The notes: generated from the sequence alone by a model not told the origin. Positions 50,530 to 59,948 are shown, numbered from the stretch's first letter. The stretch: DNA of 64,000 nt from a bacterium (GCA_043811915.1 JBDRMS010000009.1:9960-73959), one strand, 5' to 3'. Numbers and translations: made by a program.

Positions 50530-51078
50530 ATGATCCGACACAAGAAAGACAAGGGTATCTTTCCCGTGTTGGAAAAGATGCCTTGCCGCCCTCGGCAGAT
50601 AAAGATTGAACCCTACACTCTGCCAACCGTGTTTGATTGCAATCTGGAAGCGGAAGAAGCGGCGGCCAGAATTATCTTCTTCTCGCAGCGGAAGAATAAG
50701 TGGGTCGGAGTCTCCTGGCAACACTTACTGGCCATTATGAAAGACGACATTGCCGCCAATAACCATCGCTTCGCCCTAAAACAGCAGGTTAAGTATGAAG
50801 AACGCCGGTGGGACGAACAGCAAAGACGCTGGTATCACTCGTTGTGCTCGCTGTTCCGTCGTCTCCGTTCCTGGTTTTCTCCGGCTAATCCTAAAGAACC
50901 TGATGTTCCTGTTAGCGGTATTTACTCTTACGGCCTTCCTTTTATGCGGCATGGTTTGCGCTTTCTTCTCAACGGCCAGTGGCTGCGCCAGGAAATTCAT
51001 CGCGGCAATACGGTATACTTCCCCACTGCCAAGCTCATCGGCCGCGTCATGCGCAAACAAGGCATTATTGCCAAATAA
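50530..51078 (+). CDS. hypothetical protein (182 aa, Trp/Arg-rich)
   Basis: Only plus-strand gene between the rpiB and pyrE clusters. No recognisable domain. Followed by a terminator. Confidence 0.45.
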   Translation: MIRHKKDKGIFPVLEKMPCRPRQIKIEPYTLPTVFDCNLEAEEAAARIIFFSQRKNKWVGVSWQHLLAIMKDDIAANNHRFALKQQVKYEERRWDEQQRRWYHSLCSLFRRLRSWFSPANPKEPDVPVSGIYSYGLPFMRHGLRFLLNGQWLRQEIHRGNTVYFPTAKLIGRVMRKQGIIAK

Positions 51079-51117
51079 ACCCCACTAAAGTTCTTCTGGC
51101 TTCGTGGGGTTCTTTTT
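51079..51117 (+). terminator. rho-independent terminator CCCCAC...GTGGGG-TTCTTTTT
   Basis: Hairpin plus T-run directly after the stop of 50530..51078. Confidence 0.5.
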
Positions 51118-51209
51118 AAGAGAAAATAAAAAAGCACCGATCACAAGTTGTCAAAAATTGTGTCCCCGGTGCTTAAAGAACTTGTCACATACTGGTGGAA
51201 CCGTCTTCC

Positions 51210-51860
51210 TCACTTTCTTTTCTGGCGATCCAGAAACTCCTTGCCGTGGCCAACCTGTGTATTGATGGGCACGCCATCTCTGCACAATGGGCAATCCGCT
51301 TCCTCCCACGACTCCAGATTTACCTCAACCAGTGAGTACAGTCTGGGTACGTTGAGATCTCTGGCCGCGACACCTCCGCGATTGCACAGAGCTATCACTC
51401 CCTGCACCAGGCCGCCCGTCGTCTGTACCAACTCAACAACCTTCCTGGCCGACCCGCCCGTTGTCAGCACATCTTCAACCACCAGTGCGCGTTTTCCCTG
51501 GACATGCTTCAGCCAGCGGGGTTTGATCAGGAAGGCTCCTCCTTCATCGGACTTTTCCGCGTACACGCCCAGCACCACGTTTCCTGTCAATTGTGCCAGG
51601 TGACAGGCCGTCCATTGCGACAGAATTATTCCCCCTCGTTCAGGGCCGATAATAACTGTCGCCTCCCTCATTAATTCATCTTTGACAGCCACATCCACCA
51701 GGCTTTGGCACAGGGCAGAGGTAACCTCCACAAAAGGGTAAATAGCATCCTTGTCCACGTACGCCGATCCGTGTCTGCCGGAAGTGTACACCAGGTGGCT
51801 ATTGGTAATAACCGCACCTACTTCGGCAAATTTAACCATAACCTCTTCATGCGACAACAT
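51210..51860 (-). CDS. pyrE: orotate phosphoribosyltransferase
   Basis: PRTase motif LVVEDVLTTGGSA. Confidence 0.85.
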   Translation of the reverse strand: MLSHEEVMVKFAEVGAVITNSHLVYTSGRHGSAYVDKDAIYPFVEVTSALCQSLVDVAVKDELMREATVIIGPERGGIILSQWTACHLAQLTGNVVLGVYAEKSDEGGAFLIKPRWLKHVQGKRALVVEDVLTTGGSARKVVELVQTTGGLVQGVIALCNRGGVAARDLNVPRLYSLVEVNLESWEEADCPLCRDGVPINTQVGHGKEFLDRQKRK

Positions 51861-51880
51861 ATCTCTCTCCTTTCGGTTTC

Positions 51881-52876
51881 CTAGACTGCTCGTCGGTACT
51901 GGTTAATCTCATCTCTAAGCTCAAGCGTTTTCCTGCGAGCCGCATCTGCGAAGTCAGTGTCTGCCGAGGCAAAAATAATGCCTCGCGACGAGTTGATGAT
52001 CATTCCCCCGCCCTGACTGTCCCGGGCCACTGGCACAACCTCTGCTGCCGTAGCACCCTGCGCACCTAATCCCGGAATCAACAGCGGCATAAAAGGTGCG
52101 ATTTTTCGCACATTTTCCAGTTCATCGGGACAAGTACCGCCCACCACCAGCGCGCAGTTGTCGTGCTGGTTCCAATACTTAACCACCTGGAAAGCCACAT
52201 ACTCGTACAACGGCATCGTTCTTCTGTCACCGAAGACATCCTGTAAGTCAGTCGTCCAGCCGGGAGGTTTGACCAACAAATTCTGAAACTCATCGCCGCC
52301 CGGGTTTGAAGTGCGGCACAAAATAATGATGCCCTTGTCTCGCCGATCTAAAAATGGCTGCATTGCTTCCTGGCCGAAGTACGGATTCACCGTCGCTGCG
52401 TCCGCTTTGAAGCATTCAAACGCCTCGGTCACGTAGCCCTGATTCGAGTTGCCGATGTCCGCCCGCTTGTAATCAACGATTCTGATGACGTTCGGCGCTT
52501 TTTCTGCACAGTATCCGATAGTCCATTGCAGCGCCTTTTTTCCGGCCTCGCCGTGCTTTTCGTAAAACGCCGCATTCAATTTCACCGCCAACAGTAAATC
52601 ATGTGTAGCATCGATCAAATCCGCGTTGAAGCGCAGTAGACCGCCCTCAAAGCCTGCACTCTTGAGACAGCTCGGCAGCTTTTCCCAGTCACTGTCCAGT
52701 CCCAGGCACACGCACGAGTTCACCTCGGCAATCCTGGCCGCCACTTTCTCCCGAAATGTTCGCACTTTCATGACGTCATCCTCCAAATTGTCAAAGAACA
52801 TTTGTGATAACACGCCAAAACTCCGCGTTTTGGCATCCCGCCAGCCTACTCCCTGGCCCGATTTCAAGCAACCCAA
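51881..52876 (-). CDS. pyrF: orotidine 5'-phosphate decarboxylase, long type 2
   Basis: 331 aa with LGLDSD...VKLNAAFYE...DYKRADIGNS motifs. Confidence 0.8.
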   Translation of the reverse strand: MGCLKSGQGVGWRDAKTRSFGVLSQMFFDNLEDDVMKVRTFREKVAARIAEVNSCVCLGLDSDWEKLPSCLKSAGFEGGLLRFNADLIDATHDLLLAVKLNAAFYEKHGEAGKKALQWTIGYCAEKAPNVIRIVDYKRADIGNSNQGYVTEAFECFKADAATVNPYFGQEAMQPFLDRRDKGIIILCRTSNPGGDEFQNLLVKPPGWTTDLQDVFGDRRTMPLYEYVAFQVVKYWNQHDNCALVVGGTCPDELENVRKIAPFMPLLIPGLGAQGATAAEVVPVARDSQGGGMIINSSRGIIFASADTDFADAARRKTLELRDEINQYRRAV

Positions 52877-52918
52877 AATTCAAACACCTGGTGTTTGAAT
52901 TGCACGGGATTTTGCGGG

Positions 52919-53211
52919 CTATAGTTGTTTAATTTTTTGCTCGTGATGTTGAACAGATCTTTTTACTTCGCCCATATCTACCGTCAGTTGACCGGTTTGT
53001 TCAAATATCACATCTACCTTTTCTGTCAGACCGGACACATCATCTGTCAGACCGGACACATCATCTTTCAAACCGGACACATCATCTTGTCATCTTGCAG
53101 GTGCCCCATGCCCTCCTTAATGACTCCTATGTCATCAGTAATAATCTCTAACTTATAGTCAGTGCTTTTGGCATGCTTTGCTAAAATTTCCTCTAGCTCT
53201 TTCCTGTCCAT
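52919..53211 (-). CDS. small heptad-repeat protein, frameshifted (N-terminal 47 codons in one frame, repeat region DDVSGL[KT] x3 plus C-terminus in another frame)
   Basis: ATG at 53211 to a TGA at 53068..53070. The continuation reads in the -1 frame from about 53086 to the TAG at 52919. The shift maps to an A-run (AA where the repeat units have AAA). Confidence 0.4.
53025..53087. repeat. 3 x 21-nt tandem repeat GTCAGACCGGACACATCATCT
   Basis: Direct reading. The third unit has 2 substitutions. It encodes the DDVSGL[KT] heptads of the overlapping minus-strand gene. Confidence 0.8.
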
Positions 53212-53252
53212 AAACACATGATACCGTATTTATAAAATAAATAAATCAGACT

Positions 53253-53326
53253 TGGCTCCGGGACGTGGATTCGAACCACGATTGCGAGATTCAGAGTCTC
53301 GCGTCCTGCCATTAGACGATCCCGGA
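53253..53326 (-). tRNA. tRNA-Gln (anticodon CUG), CCA encoded
   Basis: Manual cloverleaf. Acceptor TCCGGGA/TCCCGGA, anticodon loop CTCTGAA, T-arm CGTGG-TTCGAAT-CCACG. Confidence 0.9.
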
Positions 53327-53369
53327 TGATGATTACAGATTAATGTTACAGAAAACTTAAGTGTACAAC

Positions 53370-53438
53370 TTCCTCGTGTCCTGCCGCCACCGCCTCGGGC
53401 GGGGCCCCGCCTGCGGGCGGTGGTTAGACGATCCCGGA
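53370..53438 (-). pseudogene. tRNA-Gln 5' fragment interrupted by a 37-nt GC-rich palindromic insert
   Basis: The minus strand reads TCCGGGATCGTCTAA, identical to tRNA-Gln positions 1-15. Then comes CCACCGCCCGCAGGCGGGGCCCCGCCCGAGGCGGTGG, then CGGCAGGACACGAGG, which resembles the tRNA D-stem and anticodon stem. No 3' half. Confidence 0.45.
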
Positions 53439-53510
53439 ATATACGAGTATATAAACCATATCTTGATTTTCCGCAATAAAAAAGCTCTTATACTCCTATA
53501 AGCACTTTAA

Positions 53511-53583
53511 GCGCTTGTAGCTCAGTGGATAGAGCGTCAGCTTCCGGAGCTGAAAGTCGCAGGTTCGAATCCTGCCAAGCGCA
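53511..53583 (+). tRNA. tRNA-Arg (anticodon CCG), no encoded CCA
   Basis: Acceptor GCGCTTG/CAAGCGC, anticodon loop TTCCGGA, T-arm GCAGG-TTCGAAT-CCTGC. Confidence 0.9.
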
Positions 53584-53611
53584 CATCACCCCTGTGGTAT
53601 AATACAAAAAT

Positions 53612-54562
53612 ATGGAGAATGCTCCTTCATTTGTTGACCTCAAAGGAGTCTCGGTAGACTATCAGCGCCCCACCGGCTTGTTTGGCCTGCTCGGTCAAAA
53701 ACCGGAAACTTATTCTGTTCTGCGTGATATCACTTTTTCTCTTCCTCCCGGCGCCCGCGTTACCGTCTTCGGCCATGAAGGCTCCGGCAAAACAACTCTG
53801 CTGCGCCTTCTTACCGGTATACTCAAGCCCACTATTGGCTCCGTTCGGGTTAACGGAGAGCCGCCCGCTGCTCTCAAACACGTGGCCGCCGGTTATGTTT
53901 CCAGCGAAGAAACCGAACCTGACAAGGACACCGCCTACCAGGTACTAACCGCCTTTGCCCGCACCCACAACATCAGCCCCGCCGCCGCTCGCATCCGGGA
54001 GGTTAGCGACATTCTGGAGTTGGGAGAAAGATTATTCGTGCCTGCCCGAACCTTGTCCAGTGCCGGCCGCTTGCGCGTCAATCTGGCTCGCGCTGCTCTA
54101 TCCGACACTCCCCTCATCCTTCTTGACGACGTAGCCGAACAGCTTGGCGCCAAGCCACTGTCGGCCATCATACCCAGACTCTTCGCCGGCCGCACCGTAC
54201 TTATCGCCACCCGTCACGCCAGTACTGCCCAAACATTAAAACTTCCTTTGTTGTTGTTGCACGCCGGCCAGTTGGCTCACCGCGGCACTATCGATGAAAT
54301 TGCCGCCAATTTGTCCTGCCACCGGCTAGTTGACGTTTGGGTTGAGGGCCTGCGCTACGATTTACTTCGTCAACTGCGCCAGCACGCCGGCGTTATCGAA
54401 GCCCGTCTCATACCCACCTCCAGTTTTTCCGGCCAGCGTTTGCGCATTACTTTGCGCTCCGCTCGTTACTTGCCTTCGATGTACGATTTAATCAGTCAGG
54501 CTCCCCTGGTGCGTGTCGAAGAACTCCCCGCCTCACTGTACGACATTCTTAGCCGTCTTTAA
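53612..54562 (+). CDS. ABC transporter ATP-binding protein-like (degenerate signature motif, C-terminal extension)
   Basis: Walker A GHEGSGKTT and Walker B LILLDD. The signature is LSSAGRLRV rather than LSGGQ. Confidence 0.55.
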   Translation: MENAPSFVDLKGVSVDYQRPTGLFGLLGQKPETYSVLRDITFSLPPGARVTVFGHEGSGKTTLLRLLTGILKPTIGSVRVNGEPPAALKHVAAGYVSSEETEPDKDTAYQVLTAFARTHNISPAAARIREVSDILELGERLFVPARTLSSAGRLRVNLARAALSDTPLILLDDVAEQLGAKPLSAIIPRLFAGRTVLIATRHASTAQTLKLPLLLLHAGQLAHRGTIDEIAANLSCHRLVDVWVEGLRYDLLRQLRQHAGVIEARLIPTSSFSGQRLRITLRSARYLPSMYDLISQAPLVRVEELPASLYDILSRL

Positions 54563-55491
54563 TTTTTCAAGTATCGTTGTACCGCTATCAGGCTGCTAAA
54601 AACGGCGAGTCCTACAGCTATCAGCGCCTGCAATCCGACCACAGTTAACCAGTTGGACATGGCGTACTGATAAATATCAAAAGGGGTTGCCCCCGCATGT
54701 CCGGCAAAGAAAAATCTCTGCAACTCCGGCGATGCCGCTTTCAGCGCCGGGTACACAATAACACTAGCCAATATCACAGCCGATAGAGCCACCAAAACAG
54801 ATTCCAGCACAAACGGTCCTCTAATAAACCAGCGCGATGCCCCTACCAAATGCATAATATCTATTTCTTCACGGAAACTGTAAATAGCGAGTCGCACCGT
54901 ATTAAACATAATCAGCACTACTAACACCACGAAAATTACCGTTATTATTATGCCAACATTTTTGATGGCCGATATTATAATCATCAGCCGATCAATTACG
55001 GCACGCGAATCCTCAAAGTGCACCTCATCAATGACCGGGCTGTAGCGCTCACCGCTTAATTCTCCAGCTATTACCTGGTAAAAGCGAGGCTCCTTTGCTA
55101 CTACGAACAAACTAGCCGGCAGTGGATTCTCTTCCAATTCTGCCAGCGACTCCTCAATGAAAGGTTTGTCCTGGTTGCGTTGTCTAAAAATATCCAGTGC
55201 TTGTTCGCTGGTCACCACATTCACCGTTTCCACATCGTCTCGACGTTCAACCTCTTCTGCTAACGTCGATATTTGCTCATCACTGGCGTTTTCTATAAAG
55301 GTTACTGACAAATCAACTTTCTGCTCCACATTACGCAATACCTGCAAGCCAAACACGTTGGCAAAATACAGGAACAGCACAATCAGCAGTGTAATAGTCA
55401 TAATCACTGTAGTCGCCACTGACAGCCACACGTTACGCCAAAAATTTTGAAAGGCGGCCCTGAAAACTCTTCCAAAAGAAACCCCGATCAT
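54559..55491 (-). CDS. ftsX: cell division permease FtsX
   Basis: 310 aa, 4 TM with a large periplasmic loop. Lies downstream of ftsE. Confidence 0.8.
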   Translation of the reverse strand: MIGVSFGRVFRAAFQNFWRNVWLSVATTVIMTITLLIVLFLYFANVFGLQVLRNVEQKVDLSVTFIENASDEQISTLAEEVERRDDVETVNVVTSEQALDIFRQRNQDKPFIEESLAELEENPLPASLFVVAKEPRFYQVIAGELSGERYSPVIDEVHFEDSRAVIDRLMIIISAIKNVGIIITVIFVVLVVLIMFNTVRLAIYSFREEIDIMHLVGASRWFIRGPFVLESVLVALSAVILASVIVYPALKAASPELQRFFFAGHAGATPFDIYQYAMSNWLTVVGLQALIAVGLAVFSSLIAVQRYLKN

Positions 55492-55494
55492 ATC

Positions 55495-56184
55495 TTACAA
55501 CTTATATGTGCCGCCCTTTTGGTCCGACACCACTTTTCCCTTATCCAAAGTTATCACCCGTTTTTTTAGAGCATTGACAATATTGTTATTGTGCGTAGCC
55601 AACAATACCGTGGTACCCAGTTTATTTATTTTCATCAGCAACTGCACAATATCCCACGAGTGCAATGCATCCAGGTTTCCTGTTGGCTCATCGGCCAGCA
55701 GAATCTGTGGCTTGTACGCCAATGCTCGGGCAATAGCTACTCTCTGTTTCTCTCCACCGGAAAGTTCATTCGGGTATGCACTCGCCTTCTCCTGCAGGTT
55801 AACCAACTTTAGTATGTGTGGCACTGTCTCGCGAATCTCGCGCGAGGGAGCACCTCCCACCTCCATGGCAAAAGCCACATTTTCCATCGTCGTCCGCTTA
55901 GGCAGCAGTTTAAAATCCTGGTACACCACGCCAATCTGGCGGCGCAAGTGTGGCACCTGCCACCGCTTAATCTTGGCCACATCCCACCCGTCAATAACAA
56001 TTGACCCGGAAGTTGGCCGCACTTCGGCCGAGATCAGTTTTAACAACGTTGATTTACCAGCGCCGCTTTGCCCCACAATAGAAACAAAGTCACCCGTTTT
56101 AATCTTTAGGGAAACATCATATAAGGCCGGGCTATCCTGAACGTAAGCTTTGCAAATGTTAGAAAAAACAATCATTTCCACCAA
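55495..56184 (-). CDS. ftsE: cell division ATP-binding protein FtsE
   Basis: 229 aa with GQSGAGKSTLL, LSGGEKQR and LLADEPTGNLD motifs. Confidence 0.85.
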   Translation of the reverse strand: MVEMIVFSNICKAYVQDSPALYDVSLKIKTGDFVSIVGQSGAGKSTLLKLISAEVRPTSGSIVIDGWDVAKIKRWQVPHLRRQIGVVYQDFKLLPKRTTMENVAFAMEVGGAPSREIRETVPHILKLVNLQEKASAYPNELSGGEKQRVAIARALAYKPQILLADEPTGNLDALHSWDIVQLLMKINKLGTTVLLATHNNNIVNALKKRVITLDKGKVVSDQKGGTYKL

Positions 56185-57274
56185 TTATACCACATCGAGA
56201 AAGGCTGACAGGTCGCCATCTAATACTCGCTGCGCATTCTGCTCTTCCACGCCGCTTCTATGATCCTTGACCATGGTGTAGGGATGCAGCACATAAGAGC
56301 GTATCTGGTTTCCCCAGGCCGCTTCTTTTGTCTCTCCCTTCAACTCTTTTAATTCATTCACGTGTTGTTGCTCTGCCATTATCTGTAATTTGGCTTGTAA
56401 TACCGACATGGCTTGTGCCTTATTCTGCCCCTGCGAACGTTCATTCTGGCATTGTACCACTATGCCAGTCGGAATGTGTCGAATGCGCACTGCCGAGCTG
56501 GTCTTATTAACATGCTGTCCGCCTGCTCCACTGGCCCGGTATGTGTCCACCCTCAAATCCTTCACCTCAATCTCCGGTGTTTCTTTCGGTGACAACTTTG
56601 GTAACACCTCCACCCTGGCAAACGACGTGTGTCGCAGGTTATCAGCATTAAACGGCGACTGCCGCACCAGTCTGTGTACGCCATGTTCATTCTTCAGGAT
56701 TCCATATGCATATTTCCCATCCACTTCAAAAGTACTGTGCTTAATGCCGGCTTCTTCTCCCGGGGACCGGTCCAATATTTTTGCTTTCCATTTCCTGTTC
56801 TCTGCCAGCCGCAGATACATACGCTCCAGCATCTCCGCCCAATCCTGCGCGTCCGTGCCTCCCGCCCCGGCCTGGATAGTCAAAATAGCTCCCGACTTAT
56901 CATGCGGTCCGTCAAACCGCAGCTCTTTCTCTTTCTTTTCCACATCCGCCTCTAGCTTGTTCAGTTCCGACTGCGCAAAGTTCAGCCATTCCTTTTCTGC
57001 CTGTTCATCTGTTTCGCTCGCCAGATGCCAGTCGGGGCTCGATAACTCCTTAAGCTCGCCCTTTTTCACTTCTAGCCAGTTCACCTCTTCGCGTAATTCC
57101 GACAACTCTATTTGTTCCTCCTGCACCTCCGGCGTCCACGCCGTCACCTGGCGCAGGCTTGATTCCAAATTCTTTATTCTTGCAGCCTTCTTTGCCAAGT
57201 CAAAGACGGTCGGCCACTTTTTGCAGCCGCTCCGTTAAGTCCTCAATTTTCAGTTGTATTTCTTTACTGTCCAT
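56185..57274 (-). CDS. prfB: peptide chain release factor 2, with programmed +1 frameshift at CUU UGA C (plus-strand 57199..57205)
   Basis: Has the SPF motif ([15 protein letters not shown]) and GGQ. The frame-0 [27 protein letters not shown] stops at UGA inside CTTTGAC. The +1 frame continues as [13 protein letters not shown], which is the track ORF 56185..57198. Confidence 0.85.
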
Positions 57275-57330
57275 TAATCTTGAAATTAAATTATTAAGAA
57301 AAAAACTACCCAGAGTTTTCTTTTCCTATG

Positions 57331-57401
57331 AGCCGAAGACGGGAATCGAACCCATATCCATGCTTTACGAAAGCATTGCTTTGCCATTAAGCTACCCCGG
57401 C
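57331..57401 (-). tRNA. tRNA-Thr (anticodon CGU), no encoded CCA
   Basis: Acceptor GCCGGGG/CTTCGGC with two G-U pairs, anticodon loop TTCGTAA, T-arm TGGG-TTCGATT-CCCG. Confidence 0.8.
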
Positions 57402-57532
57402 TTATTCCTAACGAATAGTTTAGCTTCTTTGTATCGCTTACTTAAAGACCGGTTTTTTCTTCCTTTACCCTTCGAGCCCGATCGGACTGCTGACTCATCC
57501 TCTAATATACTAATAATGCTGTCAACAAGAAA

Positions 57533-57985
57533 TCACCGCGCATACCTACTCATCAACACCGCTCCCGCCAACACGTGACCGGCCATCGCTTGCTCCACTG
57601 CTGCCTTACTTGCTCCTTCATCAAGACCCAGCATCGTATCAAGCGCGTATAACTTAAAGAAGTACCGGTGTTCCCCATCCGGCGGGCATGGCCCATGATA
57701 ATCAGTATTTCCACCCGTCCCCATGCCGTGAACTCCATCTGGTTCATGGCCTTCAGCTATTTCAGTCGTATCAGGAGATATGTTAAATACCACCCAGTGA
57801 TCCCATGTCCCGTCTTCGCGAATTGATTTTGGAACATCAGGGTCATTGGCTATAAACACCAGGCTCTTAGCGCTCGCTGGCACTCCCGCTATCGTCAGCG
57901 GCGGATTAACATCCTCACCGTCGCAAGTGTATTTAGCCGGGATAGTGCCGTTGTTGGCAAACTCCGTGCTTGTTAATTTCATCAC
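57533..57985 (-). CDS. YbhB/YbcL family PEBP (Raf kinase inhibitor-like) protein
   Basis: Motifs DPDVP and GEHRYFFKLYALD. Confidence 0.75.
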   Translation of the reverse strand: MMKLTSTEFANNGTIPAKYTCDGEDVNPPLTIAGVPASAKSLVFIANDPDVPKSIREDGTWDHWVVFNISPDTTEIAEGHEPDGVHGMGTGGNTDYHGPCPPDGEHRYFFKLYALDTMLGLDEGASKAAVEQAMAGHVLAGAVLMSRYAR

Positions 57986-59202
57986 GGCGATTCCTCCAGC
58001 ACGATACTGACTTCTCTTTCCTCCCCTTTATGCAAAATCTTTAATTTCACCGACTCCCCCACTTTTTTCCTGGCTATGGCCTTGGCCAGTGAGTTTGCCT
58101 CTGTAAGTTTGGCCCCGTCTATCTCCAGGATAATATCTCCTTCTTCAATACCCGCCTTGTTGGCCGGCGAGCCTGGTATCACCGCCAGCTCCTCTGGCGT
58201 CTCCCCTTTTACCACCAGTACCCCAAAATTAACCGACAACTTGTTTACTTCCTGCAAAGCTTTTGTTATCGGCGTGTACCTGATACCGATGTACGGCCGC
58301 ACAATTCTTCCCGTCTCTTTGACTGATTCTATGACTCCTTTTACCAGGTCAATCGGCAGTGAAAAACCAATATTCTCCGAGCCCTGCGCCATAGCCACGT
58401 TTACTCCTACTACCTTGCCATCAAGGTCCAGCAACGGACCCCCGGAGTTGCCCGGGTTAATGGCAGCGTCAGTTTGAATAACTCCTTCCAGCTGCTCCGA
58501 TTGTCCCAATCCATTGCCGGCAGTAATCGATCTTGCCAGTCCGGAAATTACGCCCACCGACACTGTATTACGAAATTCCGCCAGGGCATTGCCAATAGCA
58601 ATGACGGTCTGCCCCGCTTTTAGTTCACCAGAGTTTCCCAGCTCTAAATAAGGCAATTCGCCACCGGATATTTTAATAACCGCCAGGTCGTTAGACGGAT
58701 CCCTGGCCACCACTACTGCATCATACTTTTGCCCGTCATTCATAAACACGGTGTAGTCTACATCGTCCTGTTCAACTACATGCTTGTTGGTAACAATCAA
58801 ACCGTCTGCCGATATCAGAAAACCACTGCCTCCGCCCACCTCTTTCTTTTCCGTCCCTTTTTGTCGATACTGCGGTACCCTGAAACTGAACGGAGAAAAG
58901 AAATTACCGCCAAAGAAATCACCAAACGGATCAGTCCCCTTCGGTAATTCATCATAATAACGTTCGATAATCGGCACATCTTTCGTTACCACTATTGACA
59001 CCACGGCCGGATTGGCCTTTTCCACTGCCTGTACTACCAGTGAGTCAGGCGAAGGGCTATCAACGCTTTCAGTTTCCGGCAATTCGGCTAAACTGCCGTT
59101 TTCGTTGACCGCCGGCGGGCTGTTGGTAACCAATAACAGCACTAGGGCCCCTCCCGCCGCACCAGCCAAGGCACTAATGACCATATTTTTTCCCTGTTCC
59201 AT
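57982..59202 (-). CDS. htrA: HtrA/DegP family serine protease with PDZ domain
   Basis: N-terminal TM. Catalytic His (TNKHVV), Asp, and Ser (GNSGGPLLD). C-terminal PDZ. Confidence 0.85.
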   Translation of the reverse strand: MEQGKNMVISALAGAAGGALVLLLVTNSPPAVNENGSLAELPETESVDSPSPDSLVVQAVEKANPAVVSIVVTKDVPIIERYYDELPKGTDPFGDFFGGNFFSPFSFRVPQYRQKGTEKKEVGGGSGFLISADGLIVTNKHVVEQDDVDYTVFMNDGQKYDAVVVARDPSNDLAVIKISGGELPYLELGNSGELKAGQTVIAIGNALAEFRNTVSVGVISGLARSITAGNGLGQSEQLEGVIQTDAAINPGNSGGPLLDLDGKVVGVNVAMAQGSENIGFSLPIDLVKGVIESVKETGRIVRPYIGIRYTPITKALQEVNKLSVNFGVLVVKGETPEELAVIPGSPANKAGIEEGDIILEIDGAKLTEANSLAKAIARKKVGESVKLKILHKGEEREVSIVLEESP

Positions 59203-59223
59203 AAGCCCTCACAGTGTAATAAG

Positions 59224-59254
59224 AAAAAAGCCCGAACTCAAGTTGAGTTCGGGC
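59224..59254 (-). terminator. rho-independent terminator (GCCCGAACTC hairpin plus U-run on the minus strand)
   Basis: Stem of 10-11 bp followed by TTTTTT on the minus strand, between 59302..59511 (-) and the htrA start. Confidence 0.5.
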
Positions 59255-59301
59255 TGCGGCGAAAAGGGAAAATAGCTGTGGGTGAGCAGCCTCTGCCTGC
59301 T

Positions 59302-59511
59302 TCAACTGTTCTTTGGCGTCTTGCGCCACAAGGTTGAAGCCAGCATCACAACCGCCAACACAATAAGCATTGGAACGGTTACGGACTTCAGCAGCTGGGT
59401 CAATTGTCCGGATTGCTCAAGAGTCATACCCTTCAGTTCCAGACAGGTCGGAACACCGATCAGCAGCCCAACCAGGAAAATCGCGATGCAAGCGTAAACG
59501 AGGCGCATCAC
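59302..59511 (-). CDS. small membrane protein (69 aa, 2 TM)
   Basis: Hydrophobic ORF. Confidence 0.35.
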   Translation of the reverse strand: MMRLVYACIAIFLVGLLIGVPTCLELKGMTLEQSGQLTQLLKSVTVPMLIVLAVVMLASTLWRKTPKNS

Positions 59512-59586
59512 TTGTCTCCCTTCGAAGTAGGTTCACCAGTTTCCACATGTTTTAAGAGCCCGGAAACTTTAAGCTCTGTTTATTTT

Positions 59587-59871
59587 TCAACGAACATCTT
59601 CCTGCAGGAACTCGTGATAACGAACTAGAATTTCTTCTATCGTCATATCACACACCTCCTGCCAATCGACTCCGCCTTCTGCCAAATAGTGCAAAGCGCA
59701 CTGCAGTTCAGCGAAATCACTGGGGAAATCCTGATCCTCCATGACTTCATCCAGGTAGCCATCCATCTCTTCAATAGCGCTTTCCACTTGGCTAATTCTG
59801 ACTTCCGTGACCATCACAAAATCTCCTTGCAAAAGTACTCCCTGACAAAATCCCCCTTCACTCGCGGTCAA
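59587..59871 (-). CDS. small acidic hypothetical protein
   Basis: 94-aa ORF. Likely starts at the internal MVTEVR. Very acidic. Confidence 0.35.
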   Translation of the reverse strand: MTASEGGFCQGVLLQGDFVMVTEVRISQVESAIEEMDGYLDEVMEDQDFPSDFAELQCALHYLAEGGVDWQEVCDMTIEEILVRYHEFLQEDVR

Positions 59872-59948
59872 GTAGATATACTACCTGTCCCGCGAGAGAA
59901 AGAGAGCCCTGCAAGCGCAGGGCTTAAGGTACTTTTTGGTTAGCCGAT

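Noticed and set aside
52925-53158. 77-aa plus-strand ORF (QTGHII repeats)
   Set aside because: Antisense reading of the 21-nt tandem repeat. The opposite strand gives a heptad-periodic protein with a proper ATG and upstream context.
55508-56140. 210-aa plus-strand ORF
   Set aside because: Antisense to ftsE.
56390-57238. 282-aa plus-strand ORF
   Set aside because: Antisense to prfB. Ser/Cys-rich low complexity.
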